Below, piece after piece: positions 40,415 through 51,816 of a stretch of DNA of 64,000 bases. A program made the position numbers and the translations under genes. The stretch lies in assembly GCF_963921235.1 (NCBI RefSeq), contig NC_086097.1:124498001-124562000 (forward strand), given 5' to 3'. Position 1 is the stretch's first letter. Each line of letters begins with the position of its first letter. The notes below the pieces were generated by a model. It did no database searches and was not told the DNA's origin. It saw only the letters and a program-made list of their open reading frames with translations. Source of the DNA: Mobula hypostoma. Its lineage: Eukaryota.

Positions 40415-41500
40415 TGCTTTCAGGATGAGGTTTTTCATTCCAGAACTAAGATGATGTCCTCTTTCTTCAAAGGAAGGGGCTTCCCTTCCTCCACCATCAA
40501 TGGTGCTCTCAACCTCATCTCTTCCTGCCAGCCCACCAGAGATAGGGTTCCTCTTGTCCTCACCTACCACCCAACTAGCGTCCACGTCTAGCACATAATT
40601 CTCCAGAATTTACACCACCTCCAACAAAATCCTACCTCCAAGCACATCTTTCCCTCTTCCCCCAACTTTCTGCTTTCCGCAGGGATCACTCCCTATGCAA
40701 CTCCCTTGTCCATTCGTCCCTCCCCACTGATCTCCCGCCTTGCAAGCGAAACAAGTGCTATACCTGCCCCTACACCTCCTACCTCACTACCATCCAGGAC
40801 CCTAAACAGTCCTTCCAGGTGAGGCAACACTTCACCTGTGAGTCTGTTGGAGTCATATACCATGTCTGGTGCTCCCAGTGTGACCTGTTGGATATCGGTG
40901 AGACCCAATGTAAATTGGGACACCGCTTTGCCAAGCAACTATGCTCCATCTGCCAGAAAAAGTGGGATCTCCCAGTGGCCACCAAATATAATTCCTCTTC
41001 CCATTCCAACATGTCAGTCCATGGCTTCCTCTACTGTCATGATGAGGCCACACTCAAGTTGAAGGAGTAACACATTATATTCCATCTGGGTAGCCTCCAA
41101 ACTGATAGCGTGAACATAGATTTCTCAAACCTCTGGTAATGGCCCCCCACTTTCCTTCCACATTTCCATTTCCCTGTCTCACCTCATCTCCTTACCTGCC
41201 CATCACCTCCCTCTGGTGCTCCTCCCCCTTTCTTCTATGGCTTTCTGTTCCCTCCTATCAGATTCCCCCTTCTCCAACCCTGTATCTCTTTCACCAACTT
41301 CCCAGCTCTTTACTTCATCCCTCTCCTCCCAGTTTCAGCTATTAGCTTGTGTTTCTTCCTCCGCTCCCTCTTAACTCTGACTCCTCATCTTTTTTTTCTC
41401 CAGTCCTGATGAAGGGTCTTGGCTCAACACATCGACTGTTTATTCTTTTCCATAGATGCTGCCTGGCCTGCTGACTTCCTCCAGCATTGTGTGTGTGTTG
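40415..41500 (+). mobile_element. Penelope-like element fragment with GIY-YIG endonuclease remnant
   Basis: HFTCESVGVIYHVWCSQCDLLDIGETQCKLGHRFAKQL; pyrimidine-rich 3' region ending cctgatgaagggtct...gatgctgcctggcctgctga. Confidence 0.85.
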
Positions 41501-42078
41501 CTGAAATCTGAGCATACTGGAATGTGCATTACACTCTGGCATTTTTACACCAGAAGGATCAAGTTAAAAACACAAACATACCAACTGGCTGCAGTCATCA
41601 GACAAGTGACAAATGAAAAAAAAATCAGAATTGCCTGAAGCAGATAAAAATCACTTAGATTTAACTCTATGTTAAATCCCAGTTATTTCTAGGATAAGAC
41701 AAAAATATAAGAGTGGTCTGCAATATTCCTTTACACACCATTAAACAAATTAGTGCTCAAAACTTAAGTACTTAGCTTTGAGCACATCGACACTCAAGCC
41801 AATATCTCCTTTGCCAAATTGCTATCTCCTTCAGAAAATTGAGACTGCAGATCTGAGATAAAAACCAAGGCTGGAACCTGCTGGATGCTGCCTGACCTTC
41901 TGAACAATTCTAGCACTTCCTGTTGTTATCTCCTTCAGCTGCCTCAGCAAATGCTATTTTGTTAAAATTTCAGTGTAGCCATCTTCCTTTGAATAATGCA
42001 TTGCTAAACAGGTGTAGCATGTAAATTACAGCTGGGACACTGAAACTCAAAGTCAAAGTAAATTTATCAGAGTACGCA

Positions 42079-42606
42079 CACTCAGTGGCCACTTTATTAG
42101 GTACACCTGCTCAGCAACAGAAATATCTGATCAGCCAATCATGTGACAGCAACTCCGTGCATAAAAGCAGGCAGACATGGTCAAGAGGTTCAGATCAAAC
42201 ATCAGAATGTGGCAGAAATGAGATGCGTGTGATTTTGACCGTGGAATGATTGTTGGTGCCAGACGGGGTAATTTGAGTATCTCAGAAATTGCTGATCTCC
42301 TGGGATTTTCATACACAACAGCCTCTAGAGTTTACAGAGAATTGTGTGGAAAACAAGAAACGTCCAGTGAGTAGCATTTCTGTGGGTGAAAATGCCTCCT
42401 TAATGAGAGAGGTCAGAGGAGAATGGCCAGACTGTTTCAAGCTGACAGGAAGGTGACAGTAACTCAAATAACCATGTGTTACAACAGTGGTGTGCAGAAG
42501 AGCATCTCTGAATGCACAGCACATTGAAACTTGAAGTTGATGGGCTACAGCAGCAAAAGACCGCACTGGGTTCCACTCCTGTACCTCATCAAGTGGCCAC
42601 AGTGTG
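42079..42606 (+). mobile_element. Non-autonomous Tc1-like DNA transposon
   Basis: TIR cactcagtggccactttattaggtac and degenerate right TIR; same family as 19360-19886. Confidence 0.85.
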
Positions 42607-43939
42607 TCTATGACAACGTATACTGTACTACAATGAGATTCATTTTCTGACAGGAACTTACAGGAAAGTAAAAGAAATACAACTCAGTACCACTCAGCCA
42701 GGTTTTCAACCTCCCTCCGACATGCTGATTCATCCCTACATTTGATTCGGCCTACAGCACTGGTGACATCAGCAAACTTGAACGTGGCATTGGAGCTGTG
42801 CTTAGCCACACAGTCTTAAGTGTAAAGTGAGCAGAGCAGAGTGTGATATCTAACAACTAATTTGACAATACAATTCTCCATCATTCATTGACGTGTAGAG
42901 AGATGCTCATTCCGTGCCCAGTTCCTTCAACACAATCTGGAAGCGTGCAGTGATGCATCACAATGTTGTTATTAACTTTGATCCCGAACACAGAAAATGA
43001 GCCAACTGTTTGAACAGATTAATATCTCACTATTCAAAATCATTTTAGTAATTTGAAATAAAGGTGGTGGTCCAACACCACCAGAATCAGGAAGAGTTCC
43101 TACCCTTCAACCATCAGGCTCCTGAACCAGCGCAGATAAGTTCACTCACCTCAACCCTGAACTGATTCCACAACCAACAGACTCACTTTCAAAGATATCT
43201 CAGCTCAGTATTATTTATTATTATTAGTTTTTTTTTGTGTTAGCAAAGTTTGATCGTTTCTCATAGTAATTAATTCCCTTGTCACCACTCCATAAGTAAC
43301 CTGCATTTATTTATCTACCTGATTTAGAGAGACAGCACAGTAACAGGTCCTTTCAGCCCAATGAGTCTGCACTGTGCAATCAGCATACTCACCCATACAT
43401 CTTTGTGTTGTGGGGGGAACCAGAACATCCAGAGGGAGCCTACATGTTCACGGGCAGAACGCAGAAAACTCTTAGAGACAGCGGTGGGAATTGAACCCAT
43501 GTTGCTGGTAACAGTGTTACACTAACCACTAATCTACCGCGCCACCAAAATGTCCAATCCAGACAACTTCACCAATAACTACCAGAGAAGGAGCAGGGGA
43601 GCCTTAAGCAGGTGGTCAAGAATTACCTTGAGAAGAAATAAAGTGAAGTGGCTTCCAGTGGTCAGTAAGCAGATGGCATAATTTTAGGTACTGATTGAGC
43701 AGATCCAGATGAGGATAACTCTTTGAAAAAAAAAGTTTTCATCTGGAATACAGAGGCTGTAAACGTTGTGAAAGTATAGGATTTTTTAAAATGGATTTGG
43801 ACAGATGCTGAAAAACTAAAGGCCTTTGGGAAAAGGGCAACAGAATAAGATTACTGAACATCCTTTTAATGAGTCAACATGAACACAATAGGCAAAATAG
43901 CTTTCATCTTTACTGTACTCACCAATATTTGGGCAGTAA

Positions 43940-44402
43940 ATGAGACGAGGGTCCAGAGGAGGTGTACAAGAATGAAATGGTTAACGTATGAGGAACGTTT
44001 GATGGCTCTGGGCTTCTACTCACTGGAGTTTAGAAGAATCGGGGATGGGGAAAATCTCATTGAAACCTATCAAATATTGAAAGGACTAGGTGGAGTGGAT
44101 GTGGAGAGAATCTTTCCTATAGTGAAGGAGTCTAGGAGCAGAAAGCACAGCCTCAGAATGGCATGACATCCTTTCAGAACAGAGGTGAGAGGAATTTCTT
44201 TTGCCAGCGGGGAAATGGAAATCAGATGGCTGTGGAGGCAAAGGCATACGGTATACTTAAAGCATAGGTTCTTGATTACTAAGGGCATCAGTGGTTACAG
44301 GCAAGAGAATAGGGTTGAGAGGGATAATAAATCAGCTGTAATGGAATGGCAGAGCTGACGCAAGGGGACAAATGGCCTAATTCTGCTACCATGTCTTATG
44401 GT
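43940..44402 (+). mobile_element. CR1 LINE 3' fragment
   Basis: LTYEERLMALGFYSLEFRR..LIETYQILKGL. Confidence 0.85.
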
Positions 44403-44493
44403 TTAAATCATTCTATGATTCGGAACATTAATACAAATCATTGCTGTAATGGAGGAAACAGGCAGCCATTTTGCATGATGCCAAGACTGACTA

Positions 44494-45288
44494 CACTGGG
44501 CAACAAATTTTTTCGGAGTGTTGCTTCCACAGGAGTGTTTTGTTTATGATAGACAGCTTGAAGCTAAACCCAAATATAATTTCAGAATTCTTGTAAGACA
44601 TAGGAGTTTGGAAAAACAAGAAATTAACATTTACTGAATATAATGTATTTAATTGCATAACAGTACTGACACTTTGCAATAGTTCATCTAAGCTAAAAAA
44701 GCTAAGAATGATTTGCGGATGATTTTCATTTGTACTCAGTGTCTGAGGATTCTCACTTATAATCAGCCAGCATTGATGGATTCCAGTTGCTCTGATACCA
44801 TTTCTCCATGAGCACAATGTCCTGGTGAAACCACTCACCATGTTTGTCACTTGCAGCACCAAGATTTGCAGGGAAGAAGTCTAAATGGGAATGCAGAAAA
44901 TGAATCTGTAGTATCATATTGCACTTTATGGTTTTGTATGCTTGAAGCATGTTGTCAATCAGCTGCATGTAGTTTGGTGCTCTGTAGTTGCCAAGAAATT
45001 TTTCAACAACATCCTTGAATGCCTTCCATGCGGTATTCTGTGGTCCCACTAGAAGTTCTTCAAATTGCCTGTCATTGATGACCTCTTTGCTTTGTGGGTC
45101 AACAAAAATGCCTTCCATAATCATGACATCAGTTATTCTGAGTTGAATTATGAATTGAAATAACAAATATAGGTGATTTCAAAAAATAGTGATGATGGGG
45201 AAACTTCATGGTGATTTTCATGATCAGAAGCCCAAAATCCATAAATACACTCAGAAGTATTCGGAAAGCAAAATCTTGTTGTCCAGTG
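44494..45288 (-). mobile_element. Internally deleted Chapaev3-like (CMC) DNA transposon
   Basis: TIRs cactgggcaacaaatttt / aaaatcttgttgtccagtg; 3-bp TSD CTA; transposase C-terminus EGIFV.PQ...FLGN...HFLHSHLDFFPANLGA.SD.HGE.FHQDI...MLADY. Confidence 0.8.
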
Positions 45289-45309
45289 CTATCAGTTATG
45301 TTCAAAAAT

Positions 45310-46173
45310 CAGTGATCTTTTTCACTAATGGCTGGTGAGAAATAAGCAGCAAGACAATTCAGAACTGTTTTGCTCACTGTGGTTTCAAGCATTCAGGCTT
45401 GGAGTTGCCAGAAACAGCTGGGAGTGAAAATGAAACAATTTCGCTACTTCACCAGCTTAGGAACTATGAAGAGTTTGAAGATATTGTCTATCATCTTGAA
45501 TGTTACAATGAAAGTGATGATTTGAAGGTTACAATTTTTGATAGCATTGTACGAAGGCAGTCCATTATCTGCACGTAGTGTTTCTCCAATGATTTTTTCC
45601 ACTGCGTACACTGGATGAATTCCTCTGTCAATAACTAAGTATAGTATAGGCATCCATTAGTCTCGTGAGACCATAGGTTTGCACCTTGGAAGGTTTCCAG
45701 GGCGCAGGCCTGGGCAAGGTTGTATGGAAGACCGGCAGTTGCCCATGCTGCAAGTCTCCCCTCTCCATGCCACTGATGTTGTCCAAGGGAAGGGCACTAG
45801 GACCCATATGGCTTGGCACTGGTGTCATTGTAGAGCAATGTGTGGTTAAGTGCCTTGCTCAAGGACACAACACGCTGCCTCAGCCAAGGCTCGAACTAGC
45901 GACCTTCAGATCACTAGATGAATGCCTTAACCACTTGACCACGTGCCAACACCTAATAACTATTAGGAACTAATACACAGCTTTATAGTACCACAGTACT
46001 ATTGGCAGTGTTCTAATTTGTTCCATATTTCATTTAAATACACAATTTGTCACTCAGTTTATCTTTTTTATACCTTTTTAAATATTTCCATGAAACTTTG
46101 GCAAATTGGGACAGCTGCATAATTGTACCAAAATATACGGATTCTGCTGTGTCCCAATTAGCAGGAATCCACT
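45310..46173 (+). mobile_element. Tigger/pogo-like transposon remnant
   Basis: ISSKTIQNCFAHCGFK transposase C-terminal remnant; right TIR cccaattagcaggaatccactg plus TA. Confidence 0.7.
45645..45952 (-). mobile_element. tRNA-derived SINE (same family as 27112-27419)
   Basis: Reverse complement aligns over its full length with the 27.1-kb copy; TSD aataacta at 45630-45637 and 45955-45962. Confidence 0.88.
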
Positions 46174-47512
46174 GTATTGAGAACATGAGTCGTAGAGTCC
46201 TTGAAAGTGAGTTCATAGGTTCTGGAATCAGTTCAGTGTTGAGGTGAGTGAGGTTATTCACGCTGGTTCAGGAGCCTGATGGCTGATGGGTAGTAACTAA
46301 TCACAGCATAATGCCATTTCCAACGCAGGGCCAAATCCATAACTCCCTAATTCAGTACAAGTGTGAACAACTGAGACAAGACTTACATTTAATCCAACCC
46401 AGGGATGGATCTTCTTTTCTATGAAATTAAGATTTATTCAAACCCAGCAACAACCGATCTGAATCCAATTCAGACCAGAAGAGTTTATTTTTTTGGGGGC
46501 TGACTTGAACCTGACGTATAATTGGGATCCATCAGATTCAGGCTGGGTATCTCACGCTATGAGGCCTTCTCCCCCAACTACTGGGTGTCGTAAGGTCAAA
46601 TGGATAACAGAATGGATTCCCATCTTTTCACTTAGTTCCTTTGGTCTAACACGGTTCACATTGAACATAGAACACAGTGTCATAAAACAGGCCATTCAGC
46701 CCATCAATTCCCTGCTGATTGTCAAGCATACTGATCTCTAATGGGCAACTCAACAAAAACAGTAAGCTTAAGATTCTTTTAATACACTAATGTTCAGTGT
46801 CACAGATAGAACAAAATTGTACTGGGAACAAATCCATGATTGTTAATTGGAACTATAGTACGATTTAAACAAGCAATTGTAACAAAGCAAACCCTTCCTC
46901 CATGCAAGTTTAGATTCCAAAAGCAAGTCAATATTAATCTGGTATTTTGCAGTTTCATAACAATGAAGATAAACAGATATATAAAACAACAGAAACAGCT
47001 GGAAATACTCAACAGGTCATACTCAGCAGGTCAAGTCGCACTTGTGGAGAAAGATAGCGGTAATGACTCAGGTAGCAATAATTCACCAGGTCAAGCAGCA
47101 TTTGTGGGGGCAATAACAAGTAATAGTTCAGGTGGACAACGTTTCGTTAAGAACGTCTGCCCTTTCTGCTTTTTGATACATTCACATGGAGTGGATGGGC
47201 AAGGAAGTAACATTGAAGATATCACAGTTTCTGCACTGACCTCAGTTACACGGTTTTTTCCTTCAGATTTAAAGCTACAAAACAGGCAACGTTAGCCTTT
47301 CAGGGCAGATATAGTTAGGTTAATAAGACATTTAAAACATCAGTTTAGAAATATTAGCTCCGTTTTAAGAATAAAATTAAAGTACGATTAGTACTCGCTC
47401 TCCAGAGTGCAACAACACCCAGCCCATACCTCCAGTCTGTTTTAGTCCCAAGTCGTATACGATATACTTCAACCCACCACACCCCGGTCTCTCCAACACT
47501 CCCCTTGCCTAC

Positions 47513-47587
47513 CTTTTCATTCCATTTGTGCAATTGGCTGTACCTCATTTTGCAGAGAAGAGATCCGTCCAGGTGAATACCGTATAC
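47513..47587 (-). CDS. SNX31: SNX31-like coding exon 2, PX domain (VYGIHLDGSLLCKMRYSQLHKWNEK)
   Basis: Acceptor ttttctcccctcatgtgtgccag, donor AAG|GTAGGC; 75 nt, phase 0; PX RYSQL motif; HLDG and WNE fit SNX31 better than SNX17. Confidence 0.93.
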
Positions 47588-47690
47588 CTGGCACACATGA
47601 GGGGAGAAAAGTCGGAACTTCTATTAAAGTGATTCAAGAAATGAGTACCGCGTGTGTTTATGGTTTCGGTGGAAAGAAAGCATTCTTTAC

Positions 47691-47750
47691 CACATAGCGC
47701 GCTCCCAGAAAGTCGTAGCTTTCCTCTGTGTCTCCGATAGTGAACTGCAT
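47691..47750 (-). CDS. SNX31: SNX31-like coding exon 1 (MQFTIGDTEESYDFLGARYV)
   Basis: ATG at 47750 (GCAGAGATGC); 60 nt; ends GTG|GTAAAG donor; resembles the SNX31/SNX17 N-terminus (recalled human SNX31 MHFCIP...DALGGRYV). Confidence 0.88.
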
Positions 47751-48036
47751 CTCTGCCCGAACCGCAGGAGAGACGAGCGCCAAATGTTCGGTGAACGAAG
47801 CAAGGCTCAAGGGGGCGGTGTCCGGTGAGGAGATTTCTGGGACGGTGTAATTCATCTTCGCAAATACCACAGTTTCTTCAGATACCGTGCTGAGGTTTCC
47901 TTTCCTTATACAAGATGGTTTTTCACAACGCACGGTAGAGACTTCCCTCCCTTGCCCTGAGGGCTAATTCTTGTCGCCGTTCCCCAGGACAATGCAGACT
48001 GAGGTACTAGGTGAGTCGAGAGGTTACTGACGTGAG
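47751..48036 (-). promoter_or_regulatory. Putative SNX31 promoter/5' UTR, locally CpG-rich
   Basis: More CpG than the flanks; TATA-like TGTATAAGG on minus at ~47904-47912; GGGGCGG at ~47812; TGACGTGA at ~48028; bounded by the hAT TIR at 48037. Confidence 0.5.
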
Positions 48037-50050
48037 CAGTGTTTCCCAACCTTAGTTTAGCCAACGCCCCTCTAAAGCACCTTCATACTTCCCGCGCACC
48101 CATAGTGTAAAAATATGCTAACACGAAAAAGATGATTCTGCTTTAAATTTTTATTTGTCTTTAAACCTGGCTTACACAGTACCCGTGCGCTGTACAACAG
48201 CTTCAATATCAATGTGATCCTTGAGCTTGGTGGTTTTAGCAAGAGTTGAAATATCTCGTTCAAGTAGTGACAGCAAAAGCCTTTAAGTCCCCACAGGTAA
48301 CAATGTCCAAGTGGTTTCTGGCTTTTGTGAGTATGTGGTTTACTGGACTGAAATCTCTTTCAACAAGGTAGGAGGATGGAAATGCAATGAAGAGCAGGAT
48401 GGCTCTTCCCCAAAGACCAGAAAACTTCATATGACAGTGTAGTCACAAACCACAGAAGCAGGCATTTTTGGAAAACATTTTTGCTTCTTCATCATTCTGA
48501 ATTTTGATCATTTCTTCTTGCAAGCTCTGTTTCTGTTCTTCTACCTTGCAAAGAAATGGGTTAATTACCCAGTCCGGGATTTCCATATCGTTCAAATCCT
48601 TGAATTGATTCTGAAGATCCTTCTTCAGTGATTGCAGGTGTAAGCAGTACTCTTGCAAATCATCATCTGTGAAAGAGAGTGCCATACTTTCCATGCAGTG
48701 AAACAGTAAGAATATTCTTCCCCCAAATGTTTTGCTTATGTATTTCCAATTTTCTGATAAAAGTGGACACTGCATTGTTTTGCTTGGATAAAACTGAAAT
48801 TCTCACCCTGCAGTTTCATATTTAAAATGTTCATTTTGTCATACCAATCAGCTAGGTATGCCACATCTCCACATAGAAGTTCAATCTTGTTTCCCAAGCT
48901 CTTGTCGACTTTGAGCAAAAATTAAACCACAAAGTCAAAAGATCAGAGAAACGTTTTAAGCAGCAGCCTTTTGACAGCCAACTAACTTCAGTATGAAGAA
49001 ACAAGCATTTAAACTTTTCATTATCTTAGCATAACTGGTGAAATATTCTCCTATTTAATAGATGAGCCTTAATTTTGTTGATAGATATTACAAGAGTCAT
49101 GCTTGAAAAAAAGTCACTGCTGGGGGTTTGGCTGTGAGATGTTGTCGAATTACACAATGGATTGCAAACAGACTTGAAATTTCTTTTTTCATAAGTGCCA
49201 CTAAATTAGCATGATGGCCCATCTGTTGCACAGTAAATCATGTTCCTAATTGGAATACTTTTATCCTATATATACATTTGAGCACATCATAGATTGATTC
49301 GCTGTTGATATTTATTTTTAACTTTTTACAAAAGAAAATCTCTCCATAAACCTTTCCATTTTGATAAACCATGCATATGCCATTAGCAATGCCTCATTGT
49401 CTCGCACAGTTGACTCATCCAGTTGTATTCCAAATTCTACTTTTTGAAGCTCTGTTCATAGTTGATACTCATTGTCTTCACTCATTTTGTCAATCTGATG
49501 AGCTACAGAGTAATTACTCAGAGGAATTGATTTTAAAATACTGCTATCCAATTTGAGAACAGTAGTGAGCACTTCTCATGCAGCAGGCATTATTAAATTT
49601 TCACCAATTGTATGAGATTTTCCACACTTTGCTATCATTTTAGAAATGTTATAAGAAGCAATGAGACCACTATCAAGGTCATTTTTAGCTTTCTTGGCAA
49701 ATGACTCGAGTGAGCAACACTTTTCAAATGCTTCTTTCATCTTCTGGATCTGAGTACTACCATAAGTAGCCTTTTCAGGGTGTCTTTTATGGAAGTTTTC
49801 CTGCAATCTTGATGGTTTCATGGCTTCATTACAAATAAGACACCTGGGGTGTAGCTGATCTGACGGGAACGGAATAAAACCGTACTCCAGGTTTGTAACA
49901 TTGTATTTGATGCACTTTCTGCAGTTTCTGTTTCCTAGCAGGATTAGAATTCAAGGCTACACCACCTTCAGATTTATAGAGAATGTGCCGTAAGTTTTTA
50001 ATCCCTTATTAACGGGGCTAAATAAAAATTAAAAATTGCCACAAACTGGG
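48037..50050 (-). mobile_element. Decayed hAT (Charlie/Buster, SCAND3/ZBED-like) transposon
   Basis: TIR-like cagtgtttcccaacc at 48037; fragments EYGFIP..CLIC.EAMKPSRL..H, IAKCGKSHTIGENLIMPA, HTEVSWLSKG, AYLADWY.KMN.LN.KLQG, WVINPF; many frameshifts; second TIR not found. Confidence 0.85.
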
Positions 50051-51816
50051 AATGCCTATTGGAATTTGAGGACGGCAGGGAATTGACACGGATGGAACGA
50101 TGGTAGCGGCAGCAAAAGAACGGCGAGGCGAAGATGAAGACGATTACAACAGTGAAAGATATGTTGACAAGGACTCAGATTGGAACAGTTGGTGTTCGGC
50201 AAGCTATCTTTATACTACGCCAGTTCGGGCGATTGACCAATCACGTAGGGACTCATAATCCCCAAGGATGGTTCTTGGCCGCACATATGCAGCCGAGGTC
50301 GCTTTGAACAACTCAAGAGGAATCTTCGGGTTTGGCAGGTTCACTGACCGGCTCTATCTCAACGTTTGGTTCCGGCCAGCACTGTACCGTTACGCGACCT
50401 GTTTTCCGTAGATCTGTAGAGAAAGTTGAGAGGGTGTACAGTACTTGACTTCCCAACTGTTAAATTGCATGAACTCGTTCCATGCCGCGAGTCAAGGGGA
50501 ACTGTTGGGCACCCTGGTTGCTATGTATGCATCCCCAATAATGTCTGTTTGGTTGGTAGCATCTGCAGAATTCCTGTTGCTCGGATGAGGTTGCCTGGTT
50601 TCGGACGTGTTGCGACGAGTGTTCACCGCCAGCAAATGCACTAGATATGAAATGTCTAACAGAGGTCTACTCAGTCCTGCAGCGCTGCAACAGTGTTCCT
50701 GGGTCATCAAAATTGTTAGATGCAAAAATAAATATGTTACTGTATGGTTGGGCAAGAGGAGGAAGTCCCACACCACCAGGTTCACTTACTTTCCCATTCA
50801 AAACATGTTTTTCAGGAAACTTTCAAGTACCTTAGTAAGACACACAAAATCCTTGAGAAAGTGAACAGGTCATGCGGCATCGATGGAGAGGAGTAAAGAG
50901 CCGATGTTTCGACCTCAAAGCTGACCTAGAAGGGTCTCAGCCTGAAGCTTCGGTTCTGAATTCCTCTCCGTAGATGCCGCCTGACATGGAGATTTCCTCC
51001 AGCATTTTGAGTGTTCTACTGTGGATTTCCAGCAGCTACAGTACCTCTTGTGTTTCAGGTATTTAAACCAACCTTTAGATTCAATGTAACATGAAAACTT
51101 CCACAGGCGGTGAATACGTTTTATAAGCACTGTATATATGCTAGTTAAATTAAATGAGCAGTGCAAAAAAAAAGTTAATGGGTTCAATGTCTATTCAGAA
51201 ATCTGATGGCAGAGGGGAGGAGCTGTTCCTGGATCGTTGAGTGTATGCCTTCAGTCTCCTGTACCTGCTTCCTGGTGGTAGCAATGAAAACAGGGCATGA
51301 CCTGGGTGACGATGGGCGCTGCCTTTTTGAGGCATCGCTCGTTGAAGACGTCCTGGGTGCTCTGGGGCTCGCTGTCATATTTGGCGCCGGCGGATTTTTA
51401 AATTTATATATTCTGTAGTCGTGCATATTGGGTATTGGAATGCAATACGTGTAAATTTAAGATGTCTATGTGCAACGATTTAAATAAAAATCGTGTTTTT
51501 ATTTCTCTGCCTGTGAGTTCTAAGTCTCATTTTCACCTTACTAGGTAGACCAACATTGCCCCACGCGTTTTCCGCTGAGTAATGCGACCATGTCACTCTT
51601 GTCGACAAAAGCATTTTAATTATTCTAACTGCTGACTCAGGTTGCAGTTGTCGTAAAGAACTGACCCCGTCTCTAGCCAGCTGCTAGGAACTGTGCTGCG
51701 ACCTGTGTATCTCACATCCATGCAAACCCTTTCTCCTGTTACAACAGTCAGTACAATTGCAGAAACGTGCGGAGTATCAGCCTGGGACTCGGATTCCAAG
51801 TGTCAGTGACCAATGA

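Noticed and set aside
48260..49930. Domesticated ZBED/SCAND3 gene
   Set aside because: Many stops and frameshifts, plus a TIR; it is a dead transposon
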